From Felis catus (lineage: Eukaryota), in assembly GCF_018350175.1 (NCBI RefSeq), contig NC_058368.1, positions 24,430,001-24,494,000 on the forward strand: DNA of 64,000 bases, read 5' to 3'. Of the stretch, positions 11,515 through 24,655 are shown one piece after another. The notes under the pieces are model-generated. The model was not told the origin of the DNA. It was given only the letters and a program-made list of their open reading frames with translations, and searched no databases. The position numbers were made by a program, and so were the translations under genes. The stretch's first letter is position 1; every line of letters starts with the position of its first letter.

Positions 11515-13907
11515 CTAAAGAACAGGGGAGGGAAAAAAAAAAAGAAAGAAAGAAAAAGAACAATTTCAGAAAGCAACAAGATTAAACGGCTTAACATTCA
11601 AAACTTAATTTTCTGCTTACAAGGAAAACTATCATTTAGCATAGTCAAAGCAAGTGAGGCATCAGGAATATGAAGTATGTGTGTCACATGTTTTACTAAA
11701 GGGGAGGGAAAATCTTTCACTGGGAGCCCAATAATTTTAAATTGTTGTTAGTTCCGAGAGAAGCCGGACACACTTGACATTTACAATATCTATTGTTCAG
11801 AAAGCCCTCTCTTCCAGCAAAACAATCACGTAAGCCACACCACATCGGTCATGTTTATATTTTAACTTCAGCTGCTAGCATACGAACAATGTGCTAATTA
11901 CAAAATATTCTTATCCAGTGAATGTATCTGGGCTGGCATAACCTCAGAACTAGTTACAAGAAATATGTTCATGGTCTTTTTACTTCCACTTTAAAAACTA
12001 AATTTTATCGAATTCGGAATTTTGCAATGGACCCTGTAATCCTGATTTGATGAGGCTCCATTCTGCTGCTTTTTAAAAGTCTTCTGTAGCTCCACAAACA
12101 AGACAGAACATTATATTTAGCTTAAAATCCCCACCCAGTGGCACAGTAAACACGCAGTAATTTCAAGCATTCCAACCGACATTGGCAGCTGCAAGGAACG
12201 AAGTCAAATATATTCCGCAGAGCAAAGAGGCTGAGCCACGCCAGAGAAGTAGAGTGACACGGGGCAAACCACTAAGGTCTCTCTGTGTGGGACACTCCAG
12301 CGGGTTCCGGTCCGCAGGGGCCTCGCCACGTTTGTTATGGGACCTGGTAAGGGGTGAAATACGGTGCTTTGGAAGACACAGGGAGTTCCAAAATGGAGGA
12401 TGAGTGGGCCTTAGACGAAGTGACCTTCAGTGAGCATGAACACAATTCCTCTTCTCCTCCCAGTAAGCCCTAGGGTTTTCACTTTACTCAGCTATGCCAC
12501 TTCAAGCTCCACAAACAAAGATGCTCTTAGCAACCGGTTATCTCCTCTCCTATTCACTGCAATCTGGGTGTGTAAGGGACTTTCCTTGTTTCGTGCCTTA
12601 GCGAATGTGAATTACTCCACAAGGAGTCACGAGGCTAGTGACTAGAACAGAGGGACTAGTGCTAGAACAGAGGGAGCAGAGCACCCCACGTGGCAGGTCC
12701 CCAGCTCGGCTCCTGACAGGCGGCCGTGCAAGAGAAACTCAGGAAGTGTAGTTTGCAAACTGCCCCGAATAATTCGCCGCCCAAACCCAGTCCGCACCCC
12801 CTACCCTCAAGAGCAGGGTAAGTGATTTGCCTCACCCCCTACTAGTCCTGGAGGTTGCCTTGAAGGCTCCGTGAGCAACGGAAGGTGGAGGAGAGAGGGA
12901 GGAGGGGAACGTGGAAAACAGCATGGAATCAAAAAAGTCAAAGGAAAAGGGAAAGTAAGGTCTCTTTCGCTTCATAGTTTAGTTCTAAAACCCGGGTAAG
13001 AATTAGAGAGATTTATATACAAAAGGAATATCCCCTTGCTGTATCCGTAGTGATATCAATCCATCTCTAAGACAGTTAATTTTACTCAGTAAACTTAGGT
13101 TGACAAATTAGTAGCAAAATGGAACTGGACTCTTGTTTCTTCAACTCTTTGCCACTGGAAATGAAGACTTTTAAGTAAGACTGAGGGCTAAGATCCTGGA
13201 AGTCATAGCAGGAGAGGGAGGAGAGGCAACTTAAATAAATAAGGTAAAGTAAGAATGGCTTTTACAACGACTATTCCCTTTAATTGTAGTTTGGGACACA
13301 ATTACCATCTCAGTTTAGGAACACGAGAGCCTGGCAGTTTCACAACAAGAAAATGGCGGGGAGAAAGTGCTAACACCAGCCCAGACATGGTCAAAAGAAG
13401 AAACAGGGCAGAAAAAGGGGGTAAGAAAAAAAAATCCCAGGGAACCCTTTGTTGCAAAGAAGGTCAATGAGTGACTCCTTTAATCTTACCTCTGTCCATT
13501 CATGTCCTAGAAAAAACAAAGTATGGTCTCCTGGTTGTAGTATTTGTAGTAAAACCACCACAAAATTGATTGGGTAATTAAGGCTACAGACTAGTTTTCC
13601 CTCCTCAGATTGAAAGCATATGGGGAGGGGTACTCAAAGAGGAAAAACAAGTAAATATGGGAAGTCCTTAAATTCACTGCCTGCAAGCACCATCAATGCT
13701 CTTTTGTTAATGGAGTTCTCCCCAGTGAAGCAAAAAAGAAATTTGATATTCAGGAAGTTACTTAAAAAAAAGTTTCCAGTAAACGAAAGCCTTAGCTTTG
13801 AGTAGATTTTAAAATATTAAACCTGAGAAAACATAATTATGAAAAGGATAGAAATTTGTAACTGATCTTTTCCAGGGAAAGGAATGCTTTCAAGGTAGGA
13901 GCATAGG

Positions 13908-14130
13908 GGGGCACCTGGGTGGCTCAGTGTGTGAAGCGTCCGACTTCAGCCCAGGTCGTGATCTCCCGGTTTGTGGGTTCAAGCCCCGCATCAGATTCTG
14001 TGCTGACAGCTCAGAGCCTGGAGCCTGCTTCGAATTCTGTGTCTCCCTCCCTTTGCCCTTCCCCCACTCACATTCTGTCTCTTGCTCTCGAGAATAAAAT
14101 TACAAAAAAAAAAGACATTAAAAAAAAAAA
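13908..14130 (+). mobile_element. CAN-SINE
   Basis: TSD aaggtaggagca(t/c)agg. Confidence 0.93.
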
Positions 14131-14529
14131 GGTAGGAGCACAGGAAGTGGGGAGAACAAGTTGTGTGGACACACTTTTCACATGCTTCTCAACTACAATA
14201 GGCAACCATTCCATGGCTCCATTACATTTTTCTTTTGAAAATGAGAGTTTGGGGATTTGTAATGATTTGTAATGATTTGGCAGTGATTAGCATGAGAGCT
14301 TAAATGTAAAGAAAAGTTTCCGTTAATGCTATGAAAGGTTAAATGCTTACAAATGTGTTGTTAGTAAGAGTTTCTCCCCTTGGTACTTGCTCAAACCAAG
14401 AAAAACAATGTCATCCAATCAAAATGCATTGGACAATGACAGAATGAAAAAACAATGTTTTTATACCAAGTCATCTCAAATATTGAAGTAATACATCTTT
14501 GTGCTGAGATCGTTTCTAACTTTGTTTCT

Positions 14530-14566
14530 TTAAAATTTTTTTAAATTTTTATTTACTTTTTTTTTT

Positions 14567-14611
<45 letters not shown>

Positions 14612-14792
14612 CACACACTCGGGCACGCGCAAGTGGGGTAGGGGCAGACAGAGGGAGACACAGAATCCCAAGCAGGCTTCAGGCACTGAGCTATCAGTAC
14701 AGAGCCTGAGGCAGGGCTCGAACTCACAAACTATGACATCATGACCTGAGCCGAAGTGTGACGCTTAACTGACTGAGCCACCCAGGCGCCCC
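14530..14792 (-). mobile_element. CAN-SINE
   Basis: ends ...gagccacccaggcgcccc; (GA)n. Confidence 0.92.
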
Positions 14793-15049
14793 ATAACATT
14801 CCTTCTTTAAAAATGCACAAGCAAGGTGACGGTGGCAGGCAGGCACTCAAATGTCCCATCCATAAAAGCACAGTGCATTTTATAAAGTTCTTTCCCTTCC
14901 ATGAGCTTCACTGGCTTGCCTTCAAGCCAAAGATCGAAATGCAGAAAAAATCAGGTAGCTCTCAACTTGCTGCAATAGTGTCAGATTAACCAAATGTTTT
15001 AGCTTTTCTTTCCAAATATATGCTTTTGCTTTGCGGTATATTTAAAAAA

Positions 15050-15263
15050 GATTTTTTTAACGTTTACTTATTTTTGAGACAGAGAGAGAGAGACAGAGCA
15101 TGAGCGGGGGAGGGACAGAGAGAGGGAGACACAGATTCCTAAGCAGGCTCCAGGCTCCCAGCTGTCAGCACAGAGCTCGACGCGGGGCTCGAACCCACGA
15201 ACCATGAAATCACGACCTGAGCTGAAGTTGGACGCTTAACCAACTGAGCCACCCAGGGGCCCC
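15050..15263 (-). mobile_element. CAN-SINE
   Basis: full SINE body in reverse. Confidence 0.92.
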
Positions 15264-15902
15264 TGATGTGTATTTTTAAATATATGTTTGAAACTGGGTA
15301 TGCCCAGGGGCCTTAAATGGAACTGATGGAAATGAATGCGATCTTTGAAAACCAGAGCATGTTTCTGGGAAAGCATTCAGTGTTCCTTCCACTGCTCCTC
15401 AACTCCTTCTGATTCAAGTCTGAACAAGAAGCCCAAAATCTGAAATTCAGGTCCACCACCATCTACAGAGCTGCTTGTCAAAGTTCTTAATGGTGCACCA
15501 TTTCTGAACAACTGTATCTTTTTATTTGAACTCAAAGACAATATGTCAGAGGGACATCCTGGACAGGCCCACAGCCACAGGGAAGGGCTCGCCTGAGTCT
15601 GGCTCCCGAGTAGGGACGTCTGAGCAGGCAACCAGTCTCGGTGCTGACACTCTGGAGGATCCCTGCTTCTGGCCTCTGAGAAATTCACTAAAACTGCCAG
15701 TGACATTAGTCCGACTACCATTTCATCAGGGGCAGTGCCCTCACCTGAAGCATAGATTCCGTACACAGTGGGTGGTGCCTAACCAGGTCTACCAAATAGG
15801 CAAAGCCAGAAATCCTAATAGCTGGGTCTACAAGACCAAGTATATGACCTAAAGTGTTCTGATTGTTCCAGAACATCACACATCCATACCAAAAACAACT
15901 CC

Positions 15903-16493
15903 TGTTATGAATTGTGTGTCCTCAAATTTCCTATGTTGGAGTCCTAACCCCCAGTACCTCAGAATGTGACTGATTTTGGAGGTAAGGACTTTCAAGGGGT
16001 AATAAAGTTAAAATGAGGTCATTTGAGTGGGCCACAACCCAACATGACTGGTATCCTTATACAAAGAGGAGATTCGGGGCACTCAGGTGGCTCACTGGGT
16101 TAGGTATCTGACTTTGGCTCAGGTCACGATCTCACAGTTCATGAGTCCTAGCTCAGCGTCAGGCTCTGTCCTGACAGCTCAGGGCCTGGAACCTGCTTCA
16201 GATTCTGCGTCTCCCTCTCTCTCTGCCCCTCCCCTGCTCGTGCTCTGTCTCTCTCTGTCTCTCAAAAATAAACAGTTAAAAAAATTTAAGAAGAGGAGAT
16301 TAGAACAGAGACACAGAGGAAGGATGATGTGAACCCATGGGGAGAAGACAGCCATCTGCAAGCCAAGGAGAGAGCTCTCAGGAGACACCTTGATCTCGGA
16401 CTTCCAGCCTGCAGATCTGTGAGAAAGTACATTTCTGTTGTGTAAACCACTCAGCCTGTGGTACTTTGTTATGTGAGCCCGAGCAAACTAACA
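15903..16493 (+). mobile_element. MLT1B-like MaLR solo LTR interrupted by a SINE
   Basis: tgttatg ... cccccagtacctcagaatgtgact ... ggacttccagcct ... gcaaactaaca; SINE at 16076-16288 with TSD aagaggagatt. Confidence 0.8.
16076..16288 (+). mobile_element. CAN-SINE inside MLT1B
   Basis: TSD aagaggagatt. Confidence 0.92.
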
Positions 16494-16727
16494 CACACAC
16501 ACACACAGTCTCATACAGGGGAATGATAGTGTTGCTGTACCCCTTGACTCAAATGAAAAGTTGGATATTAACTTTTCTGTCATCTGCATGTGAAATTCAC
16601 AGAATTCATGTTAATATAATAAGTAATATTATTAGGCATACACAAACATGACCAGACAAACTGCCTTCTTCACAAAAGTAAACCAAAAAATGATAATAAT
16701 GAACATCTCCTATTTTCTTCTTTTTAC

Positions 16728-16833
16728 CTTGTGGTAAGACTTTAAGGTAATTTCTTCTGACATTCAGTTCCCGTAGAGCTTTCAACTGACCTATCTGCTG
16801 GGGCAGGGCTGTGATCTCGTTGCAACTGACGTC
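16728..16833 (-). CDS. LRCH1: LRCH1 coding exon 4 (LRR region)
   Basis: ctgcag|GAC GTC ... CCA CAA G|gtaaaa; 106 nt; DVSCNEITALPQQIGQLKALRELNVRRNYLKVLPQ(E). Confidence 0.97.
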
Positions 16834-16917
16834 CTGCAGCAAAAGCAAAGGCAGAAATGATAAGCATCTTCTTCCAGGAAATCAAGCATCCCGTGTGAAA
16901 TCTCCTTCAGGAATTTA

Positions 16918-17048
16918 TGTATTTATTTTAGTAGCCTTCACGCCCAGCACACAGCCCAGCTCGCGACTTGAGCTCACGACCCTGAGCTCAAGACCTGGGC
17001 TGAGATCAAGGGTCGGACGCTTAACCGACCGAGACACCCAGGTGCCTC
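16918..17048 (-). mobile_element. Short CAN-SINE lacking the (CT)n tract
   Basis: tRNA head only; TSD tt(c/a)aggaattta; about 85 nt from the exon 4 acceptor. Confidence 0.8.
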
Positions 17049-18039
17049 CTTAAGGAATTTAAATATGAGGGCAACTACTCGGGTACATTTCTCTCCTGGT
17101 CTGTAGGTCAGGCTTAGCACAGAGAAGAAAAGGAAAGTGCAGCATTTTGAACACTGAGGACAAAAAGAGAAAAGGAAGGATATTCGGAGCACTCAGGAGC
17201 TCCTTTGGCGGCCTCGCACCTGCTGCGTTCATGTGCTTCAGTCTCATTTAATTCTCACCACGAACCCCTGAGGCGGTATTAGCAGCTTAATATTTACAGT
17301 CAGAAAAATGAGGCTCAGGGAGGTTAAGTCAGGCGTCCAAGGCAGTTACCACTCGGAACAAATGCCCGCCCCCTGTGAAGACACCATCCCACAGTACCTC
17401 TGAATAGAACGTCACACATCCTATTTACCAAACACTCACATCTGACAGTGAAAAACTGTGACTATGAATGCATCTTTTGGATGCGTTATTTATTTAAAAT
17501 GGATTTGCGACTGGAAGGCTGGCAAGTTTGTGGACCTGAACACCTTTCAGTACATTTTCCAAGACTGTGGGGCATGCGGATGATGTCTTTTTTGCACTGA
17601 AAGACTAATATCCTATCAACAGTTGACTGGAACCGCGTCTTGACGAGTGCAGAATGAAAACTATGAGATTTACAATCTTATTCTCCCCTAATCCCACTCT
17701 TCCACTTTCTCTGGAAGCTCTGCTCGGCTCTCCACCCCCCACCCCAGCTACTCTATTGTCCAGACCAACACTCCATTTCACTGGGCACTATAATGGTCTC
17801 TTTGATCTGCCCCTCAGATCCACCTTTCGCAGAGCTGCCGGAGCTTGCGCATTTCACTGCATCATTTACCAGCTTAGACATCTGCAACAGCAATGTCTCA
17901 GAAACCCATGGGGTAAAGTCCCCGACTCCACAGCAAGGGCCAGCAGCTACGGTTCAGATGGGATTTCTCCAGCGCCACCTCTCTGAAAGCCCTTGCTTGC
18001 ATCCCCAGGCCACGTGATTACCGACTGCAGCCGCCAGTG

Positions 18040-18370
18040 TGTGCCAAGGGTTTCTCAGTCCCAAACCTGTTCCGGCTCTTCCCCTGCCTGGTGTGCCCCT
18101 CCCCAATATCGTCCTCTTGTCCCACCTGCATCCTTCAAGATTTAATTCAAGGCTCTCTCTTCTCTGAAACCTTTGTGGAGGTTTCCCCCACTGTCCCCCT
18201 CTGAACGAACACCCACGGAGAATGCCCTTTTTCCTTGGTGGTCCTGTGGATAATCTATTACCGTATTCACGTGTGCACACATTTGCCTTCTCTTAGAAGC
18301 CTGTGAACTCCTAGATGGGAGGCTCTCATTCACTCCATCCTTCTGGTGCCAAGCAGAGTGCCGGGACTAA
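18040..18370 (+). mobile_element. L2 3' fragment
   Basis: ttagaagcctgtgaactcctagatgggagg ... agcagagtgccggga; pyrimidine-rich L2-like tail. Confidence 0.45.
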
Positions 18371-19411
18371 AGTAAGGGATCAGGAAGTGCTGGATGAAAT
18401 TTCTGAAGCCCATTTATGTTGACACTCCACATGCCGTGGCTCTCTCTGCCTCATGGCTGGAACCCCAGAATGCTCCCACAAACATACCAATCCCGGCAGG
18501 TCCCTCCTGGAAAGGCACAACCACAGATATACTTGGGCTAGGAACGATCCCAGTGGGATCAACTCTTCAGATACCCCACATCTCTTCTCAACCTGCAAAA
18601 ACTTCCCCTTTCACTCCCCCTTTTAGAAGGCAGCAAAGCCTCGTTGCAGAAATCGGTTTCACATTCACTCAGATGAGAATTCACCATTAACCAGTCCCCT
18701 CACACCCCAGGGCTCCCGTAAGAACAGAACTATGCAGAACACAGGGCATCACTGCCCTCTAATCTCTTCTCATCTAAAAATCCTCCGGTGACCTGGTAAT
18801 CTGCCAAGGTCACGAGGCTGCTAAACAAGTATCACTTGCTGAAGAGGAATAAAATCACTCCTGATAAAAGGGAATGAAGCAGGCCTCTGCAGAGGCTGAG
18901 TGCACAATGCAATGAGCCCTCGGGACTGCTCGGCTGTCTGGCCGAGGGGAGGTGGCATGACAGGCTAACATGAGGTGTTCAAAGGCGTCACCCCCAGGCT
19001 GGCTGTTGATGCATCACTCCTGGCCCAGAAAGTCACATAAAATTCCTTGAGAAACATCCTTAGTGTTTAAAAACAAAACAAAACAAATAACCCACAACGC
19101 ACATCTGCAGAGAAATACAAGTCTAAGGAAATAATTATAGAATTAGAAAGTCCAGAGAGTTGTCCAGTCACTTTTAGCCCCTCACTGCATCAGCAAATAA
19201 TTCTGCCTTTCTGCATGCACTTCCATGTACGAGAGGTAAAAAGTGAAATGCTACCTTTTCCTAATTTCTATGGTATCTGATCAGTCACAAGTACCAACAA
19301 CCAAACCCTTTCAATGAAATCTTTATCTTTCTTTGCCTCAACTGAGTCACAAATAAGCAAGTATCCTTCCATTCCATTCTCTTTAAGATTTTTTAAAAAC
19401 GTTTATTCACT

Positions 19412-19637
19412 GGGGTGCCTGAGTGGCTTAGTCGGTTAAGTGTCCAACTTCAGCTTAGGTCATGACATTCTCACGGATCACAAGTTGGAGCCCCACGTCG
19501 GGCTCTGTGCTGACAGCTCAGAGCCTGGAGCCTGCTTTGGATTCTGTGTCTCCCTCTCTCTCTGCCCCTCCTCCACTCACACTCTGTGTGTGTGTCTCTC
19601 TCTCAAAAATAAACATTGAAAAAATTAAAAAATTTTT
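19412..19637 (+). mobile_element. CAN-SINE nested in a deleted minus-strand SINE (host about 19385-19702)
   Basis: Inner TSD aaa(c/t)gtttattca; outer TSD tccattctcttt. Confidence 0.88.
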
Positions 19638-20496
19638 AAATGTTTATTCATTTTTGAGAGAGACAGAGCGTGAGCACAGATAGAGAGACAGATAGGCGCC
19701 CCTCCATTCTCTTTTAAAAGAGCCTTCACACAAATAGTATACAGGTATATATACTATATACTAATAGTATATATTTCTAGAAATATATGAGATTAAATCA
19801 TGCTATTGGACTCACAGCCAGGCATAGTCACACGGGTGATAGGAGTGGAGGGTCCTTAGGGAAGAAATAGTGGGAATGTTCCTTCTCTGGAGAGAAGTTA
19901 TGTTATTGACATCTACAGTAGGTCTTTGTAAGTCTGTGTATGACTGCACAAGAAAAATCCTTTTGCAATTTACGGGAATCACAGATTTTTGATATAAAAC
20001 TGAAAATTTTCAGAAGCTTCAAGGGCAGAATTCTTTAAAAAATCGTTCTTTCAAGAAAAAAGGAGGGGAGAGAGGGAAGCAAAAGATAACATATATTTAG
20101 GCAGATTATTCACAGCATAAAATCTCATAAAATCTCATTCAGTCTTATCCCATTGGGGTATACTATAAAACACGCTTTGCATTTTGTCGATTACCCTCTG
20201 GTTAGCCAGAAAGGCTATGCTATTTCCCTAAATATAAGGTAATTTTTTTTTCTAACATATATTTCTCACATAATGGCTTTATCAAGGAAAATCACCTCCC
20301 CTCAGCTATATTTATATGTTTATTTAACCAGCAGGGAAAGCAGTTACCCAATTTACACTTAAAAAAAAAACAAAACATAATGATAAAGAGTTTTTCCTTT
20401 TGACTTACAGGACAGTACATCTGTAGACAATTAGAAACACCAAGTCCAATAGTCCATTCACATTTTGAAGGGTGTATAGTGAAAGTCAAAATGTTT

Positions 20497-20717
20497 CTTT
20501 TTTTTTTATTTTTTTTTTAACGTTTACTTATTTTTGAGACAGAGAGAGAGCATGAACGGGGGAGGGTCAGAGAGAGAGGGAGACACAGAATCTCAAACAG
20601 GCTCCAGGCTCTGAGCTGTCAACACGGAGCCCGACGCGGGGCTCGAACTCCCGGACCGCAAGATCGTGACCTGAGCCGAAGTCGGCCGCTCAACCGACGG
20701 AGCCACCCAGGCGCCCC
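20497..20717 (-). mobile_element. CAN-SINE (young, CpG-rich)
   Basis: TSD aa(a/g)gtcaaa(a/g)tgtttc. Confidence 0.93.
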
Positions 20718-20834
20718 AAGGTCAAAGTGTTTCAATAGTACTCTTCGGTCGGTTATTTCCTATCCTGCCAAAATAATGAGGGGGAAATGCCAGGCGGATC
20801 TAGCAAGAAAGCAAGATAAAGACTTTACACCATA

Positions 20835-21055
20835 GGCGCACCCGGGTGGCTCAGTCGGTTAAGCACCTGACTCTAGCTCAGGTCATGATCTCATGGTTCG
20901 TGAGTTCGAGCCACGTGTCCTGTCGGGCTCTGTGCTGACAGCTCAGGGCCTGGAGCCGGCGTCGGATTCTCTGTCTCCCTCTGCCTCCTCCCCTCCACTC
21001 ATGCTCTGTGTCTCTCTCTCTCTCTCTCAAAAATAAACATTAAAAAAAGTTTTAA
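20835..21055 (+). mobile_element. CAN-SINE
   Basis: TSD aaagactttacac. Confidence 0.93.
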
Positions 21056-21376
21056 AAAGACTTTACACTATTGTATAATCCATATTACAGAATTAAGCAA
21101 AAGTCTACTGCCTCCCAGTTACCGAACCTTGCTGAATTTTAAAGAGGCGATGAATTTCGTCACAAAAACAAAACCTCCCGTGTCTTAATTAGCTGGGGAA
21201 CGAGGAGGAGGAAAAAGATGAGAGAAGATAATAGTCTAAATGTTTTGGGATATTTCAGGTTAGAACATGAAAAACATCATCCTAGAACAGGCTGGTTCTC
21301 TAAAATATGTCTGTCCACATTTAGCCTAAGGTCTGGTTTTTCAAGTCTTGAGTTAATTTTAAAAAGATAACATTTA

Positions 21377-21590
21377 GGGGCGCCTGGGTGGCTCCGTTGG
21401 TTGAGCGGCCGACTTTGGCTCAGGTCACGATCTTGCTGTCCACGAGTTCTAGCCCTGCATTGGGCTCTGTGCTGACAGCTCAGAGCCTGGAGCCTGTTTC
21501 AGATTCTGTGTCTCCCTCTCTCTGACCCTCCCCCATTCATGCTCTGTCTCTCTCTGTCTCAAAAATGAATAAACGTTAAAGAAAAAAAAA
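21377..21590 (+). mobile_element. CAN-SINE
   Basis: TSD aaaagataacattta. Confidence 0.93.
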
Positions 21591-22864
21591 AAGATAACAT
21601 TTAGGAAAATGAATTTAGTAAGTAAAGAACACTAATGCCTCACACTTCTTCCGCATTTAGTTGTGAATTTACCAAGCTGTGAATTCCAGATTCAGTGGCT
21701 TCTTAGAATGGTCAAATGAATCCCTTCTGAATTGTCTATTAGCCCTTAAACTATGTCTTAGAAAATAATTATTGCACTCTTCAGTGGATCAAATTGTCAT
21801 ATGTTTACTGTTATAATACTGCAAATGTACAAGCAGGCCAAAAAGAAATCATCATAAACATGTCATAAATATTTACAAATTATATTCTTTGTTATATAGA
21901 AATGAATCTAATTATTATATAATAACATACATACTCAAACTTAAGTTAAAGGACCAGCCAGTCCAATTTAGTCATTTAGAGTAAAAAAAAAAAAAAAAAA
22001 AAAAAAAAGAAACTGGACAATTTTAACTATGACCTAAAATATACTTTTTTTCCACTGGTTTAATCAACATGTTTTTAAGTAACCAAAGGAAAAACGTTAG
22101 AGTCATTTTATGCCAGCCCTTCCAGGCAATAATGGAACTTACTAGAAGTATTAAATGCACACTGGAGACTAATGGATTTTTGTTATCAAGTACTAGTTGT
22201 TAATTTATCTTCAGTATGTAAGAAACACAAGGATTTAAAACACCAGATTCAGTTCAGACATTATTAAACTAGGTAATGTTCACTTTCAGAAAATAATACT
22301 GTAAAAAAGAAAAGCGATTTTTTAAGGAGTAACCTCTAATGAAAACCAACACAAATAATGCGTCAAGATGACCTTGGTTAGGGAAGATGTCCAGAGTAAC
22401 CAGGCCACCCTGTGGAACTGTGCACACGGTATTTTCTCATGAGCTACCTTGATCTCTCAGGTTTTCAAAAACCTCGTGTAGTTATACCATTGCTTAAGCC
22501 ATACTTTTGTAATAAATCTAGCTCTTTAGTTAACTGAAGGGAATGTGAACAGTCTGACAGGAAATTTAAGCTAGTAACTCCCATCAAGGGCTCCTACTCT
22601 TTTTTGGGGAGGAAATGTCTATTTTATGACTTTCTGTGTGACTTTAGGTCAATGTCTTAACTTCTCTGTACCTATGTAAAAGGAAGTGGCAAAATTAATT
22701 TAAATTTCCTTGTAATAGCAGGAAGATCCATTTATCACATCAGAAATAATGAAGAGACTTTGAAAGACAGATACTTAACTTAGAAGTAATGTCAATTTTG
22801 ATTTCTTAGCCATCAAAAACTTCGATGCCTGTAGTCAGAATTTCTTTCTTTTAAGAAAAATCCA

Positions 22865-23095
22865 GGGGCGCCTGGGTGGTGCAGTCGGTTAAAAGTCCGA
22901 CTTCAGCCAGGTCACGATCTCGCGGTCCGTGAGTTCGAGCCCCGCGTCGGGCTCTGGGCTGATGGCTCAGAGCCTGGAGCCTGTTTCCGATTCTGTGTCT
23001 CCCTCTCTCTCTGCCCCTCCCCCATTCATGCTCTGTCTCTCTCTGTCCCAAAAATGAATAAACGTTGAAAAAAAAAAATTCGAGAAAAAAAAAAA
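22865..23095 (+). mobile_element. Young SINEC_Fc
   Basis: TSD aagaaaaatccag. Confidence 0.95.
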
Positions 23096-23409
23096 AGAAA
23101 AATCCAGTATGTTCATTTAAACTCAAAACTTTTTCAAGCAACCTCTGGTATTGTCACCTCCCAACACTTACTGAATGTCTCCTTCTAGTATAAAACTCCG
23201 CTCCACACCCTTCCTTCCAACCCAATGCTCTTCAACAGAACAGATGGTAAACAAGCCACGGACTTCCAACTGTCCCGCAGAAACCAGAGAGGTTAGAAGG
23301 CATGTCCAAAGACTGTGAATGGAAAAAAGATTATGGCAGACACATGAATTAATGTCTCCGCTATACCTAACTCAGAGGCTGGAATGTTACGTATGAAAAT
23401 AATGAAGGA

Positions 23410-23627
23410 GGGGTGCCTGGGTGGCTCAGTCTGTTAAGCATCTGACTTCGACTCGGGTCACGATCTCGCGGTTCATGAGTTCAAGCCCCGCATCGGGCTC
23501 TGGGCTGACAGTTCACAGCCTGGAACCTGCTTCAGATTCTGTGTCTCCCACTCTCTCTGCTCCTCCCCTGCTCACGCTCTCTCTCTCTCTCTCTCAAGAG
23601 TAAAATAAAAAAAAAAAATTAAAAAAC
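23410..23627 (+). mobile_element. CAN-SINE
   Basis: head ggggtgcctgggtggctcag, (CT)n, A-tail. Confidence 0.92.
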
Positions 23628-24469
23628 AGTAATGGAGGAATTCTCCTCAGAACCAGGTCAATACATCCTGTGTCTACAATCAATCCCTGAATTCAAACTC
23701 GCTACACAAACATTTTATGAAAGGAGAGAGAGGTCTAGGCAGGGCAGGGAAATGCAACTTTCCATCAGATATTCCTTGAGTCAGGTTCTGTGAGCTTTTC
23801 AGTATAAGAGCAGGCTTCTGGAGCAGTGATACTGTGTTGTCTTACAGCTGGAAGCCACGATTTTCACACACCGCGTGAGCGGAAGAAAGACAGAACTGAA
23901 AGAAACCAAACAAGGGACAGACAGTCTCCGGCCCTCAGTATGTCAGCCCGCTCAGGGAACCGTGAGAAAACTCAAGTTCGTCGTGCTCTGCCGCAGTGCG
24001 GTTATCTTCACGGCTCTCTGGTTATTATCACAGAAGGCACACACACAGCATCTCTTCCCAGGTACTCAGCATGTCTTCCCCTTCGGGCATGATTCGACAG
24101 TACAAGAACCGTGTTTCCAAATGCTAATGTCGTTTTAATGAGTAAAATAAGGTTTAGTCAACACCAGCACCCTCTACTGACCTTCCCTGCCCGGCTGTGG
24201 CTCCTCAGCGAGGAGACCTGCACACAGACACGGCCCGAGTTTTGCAACATTCATTCTCTGATTCACTCTCAACTGTTGGTGCGCTGCCCCAACTTTAATG
24301 GGAAAACCACTGCCAAGATGAACCAGGAACTCAACAAACAAACAAGCAAACACCACGGGGTCCCTCTCCGTGAGATGCTAAACGATCCAGAAGAAGACCC
24401 AGTAAGCACAGCTGAATGGTGCTATTGAAAGGATTGGGGCTTTCATCACACAAAACTGGTTTTTACCCC

Positions 24470-24655
24470 AGCTCCACCACTCCAGGCCCCCCCCCCCCCA
24501 GCTCTGGGTAAATAATTCTGAAACTCAAATCTGTCTACAAACTGTAGATATTATATCTACCTTTCTGGGTTATTGTCAAGATTATATGAAATTGCCCATG
24601 CCATATACCTAGCAGAGTGCCTGGCATATAGTAGGTGCTCAGTAAATGCTATTGC
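24470..24655 (+). mobile_element. MIR fragment
   Basis: tagcagagtgcctggcatatagtaggtgctcagtaaatgcta. Confidence 0.6.

Noticed and set aside
16976..17048. tRNA gene
   Set aside because: It is the tRNA-derived head of a CAN-SINE flanked by a TSD; no intact cloverleaf is evident.
17962..17988. CTCF site (cagcgccacctctctg)
   Set aside because: It matches only the 3' half of the consensus and cannot be supported without a motif scan.
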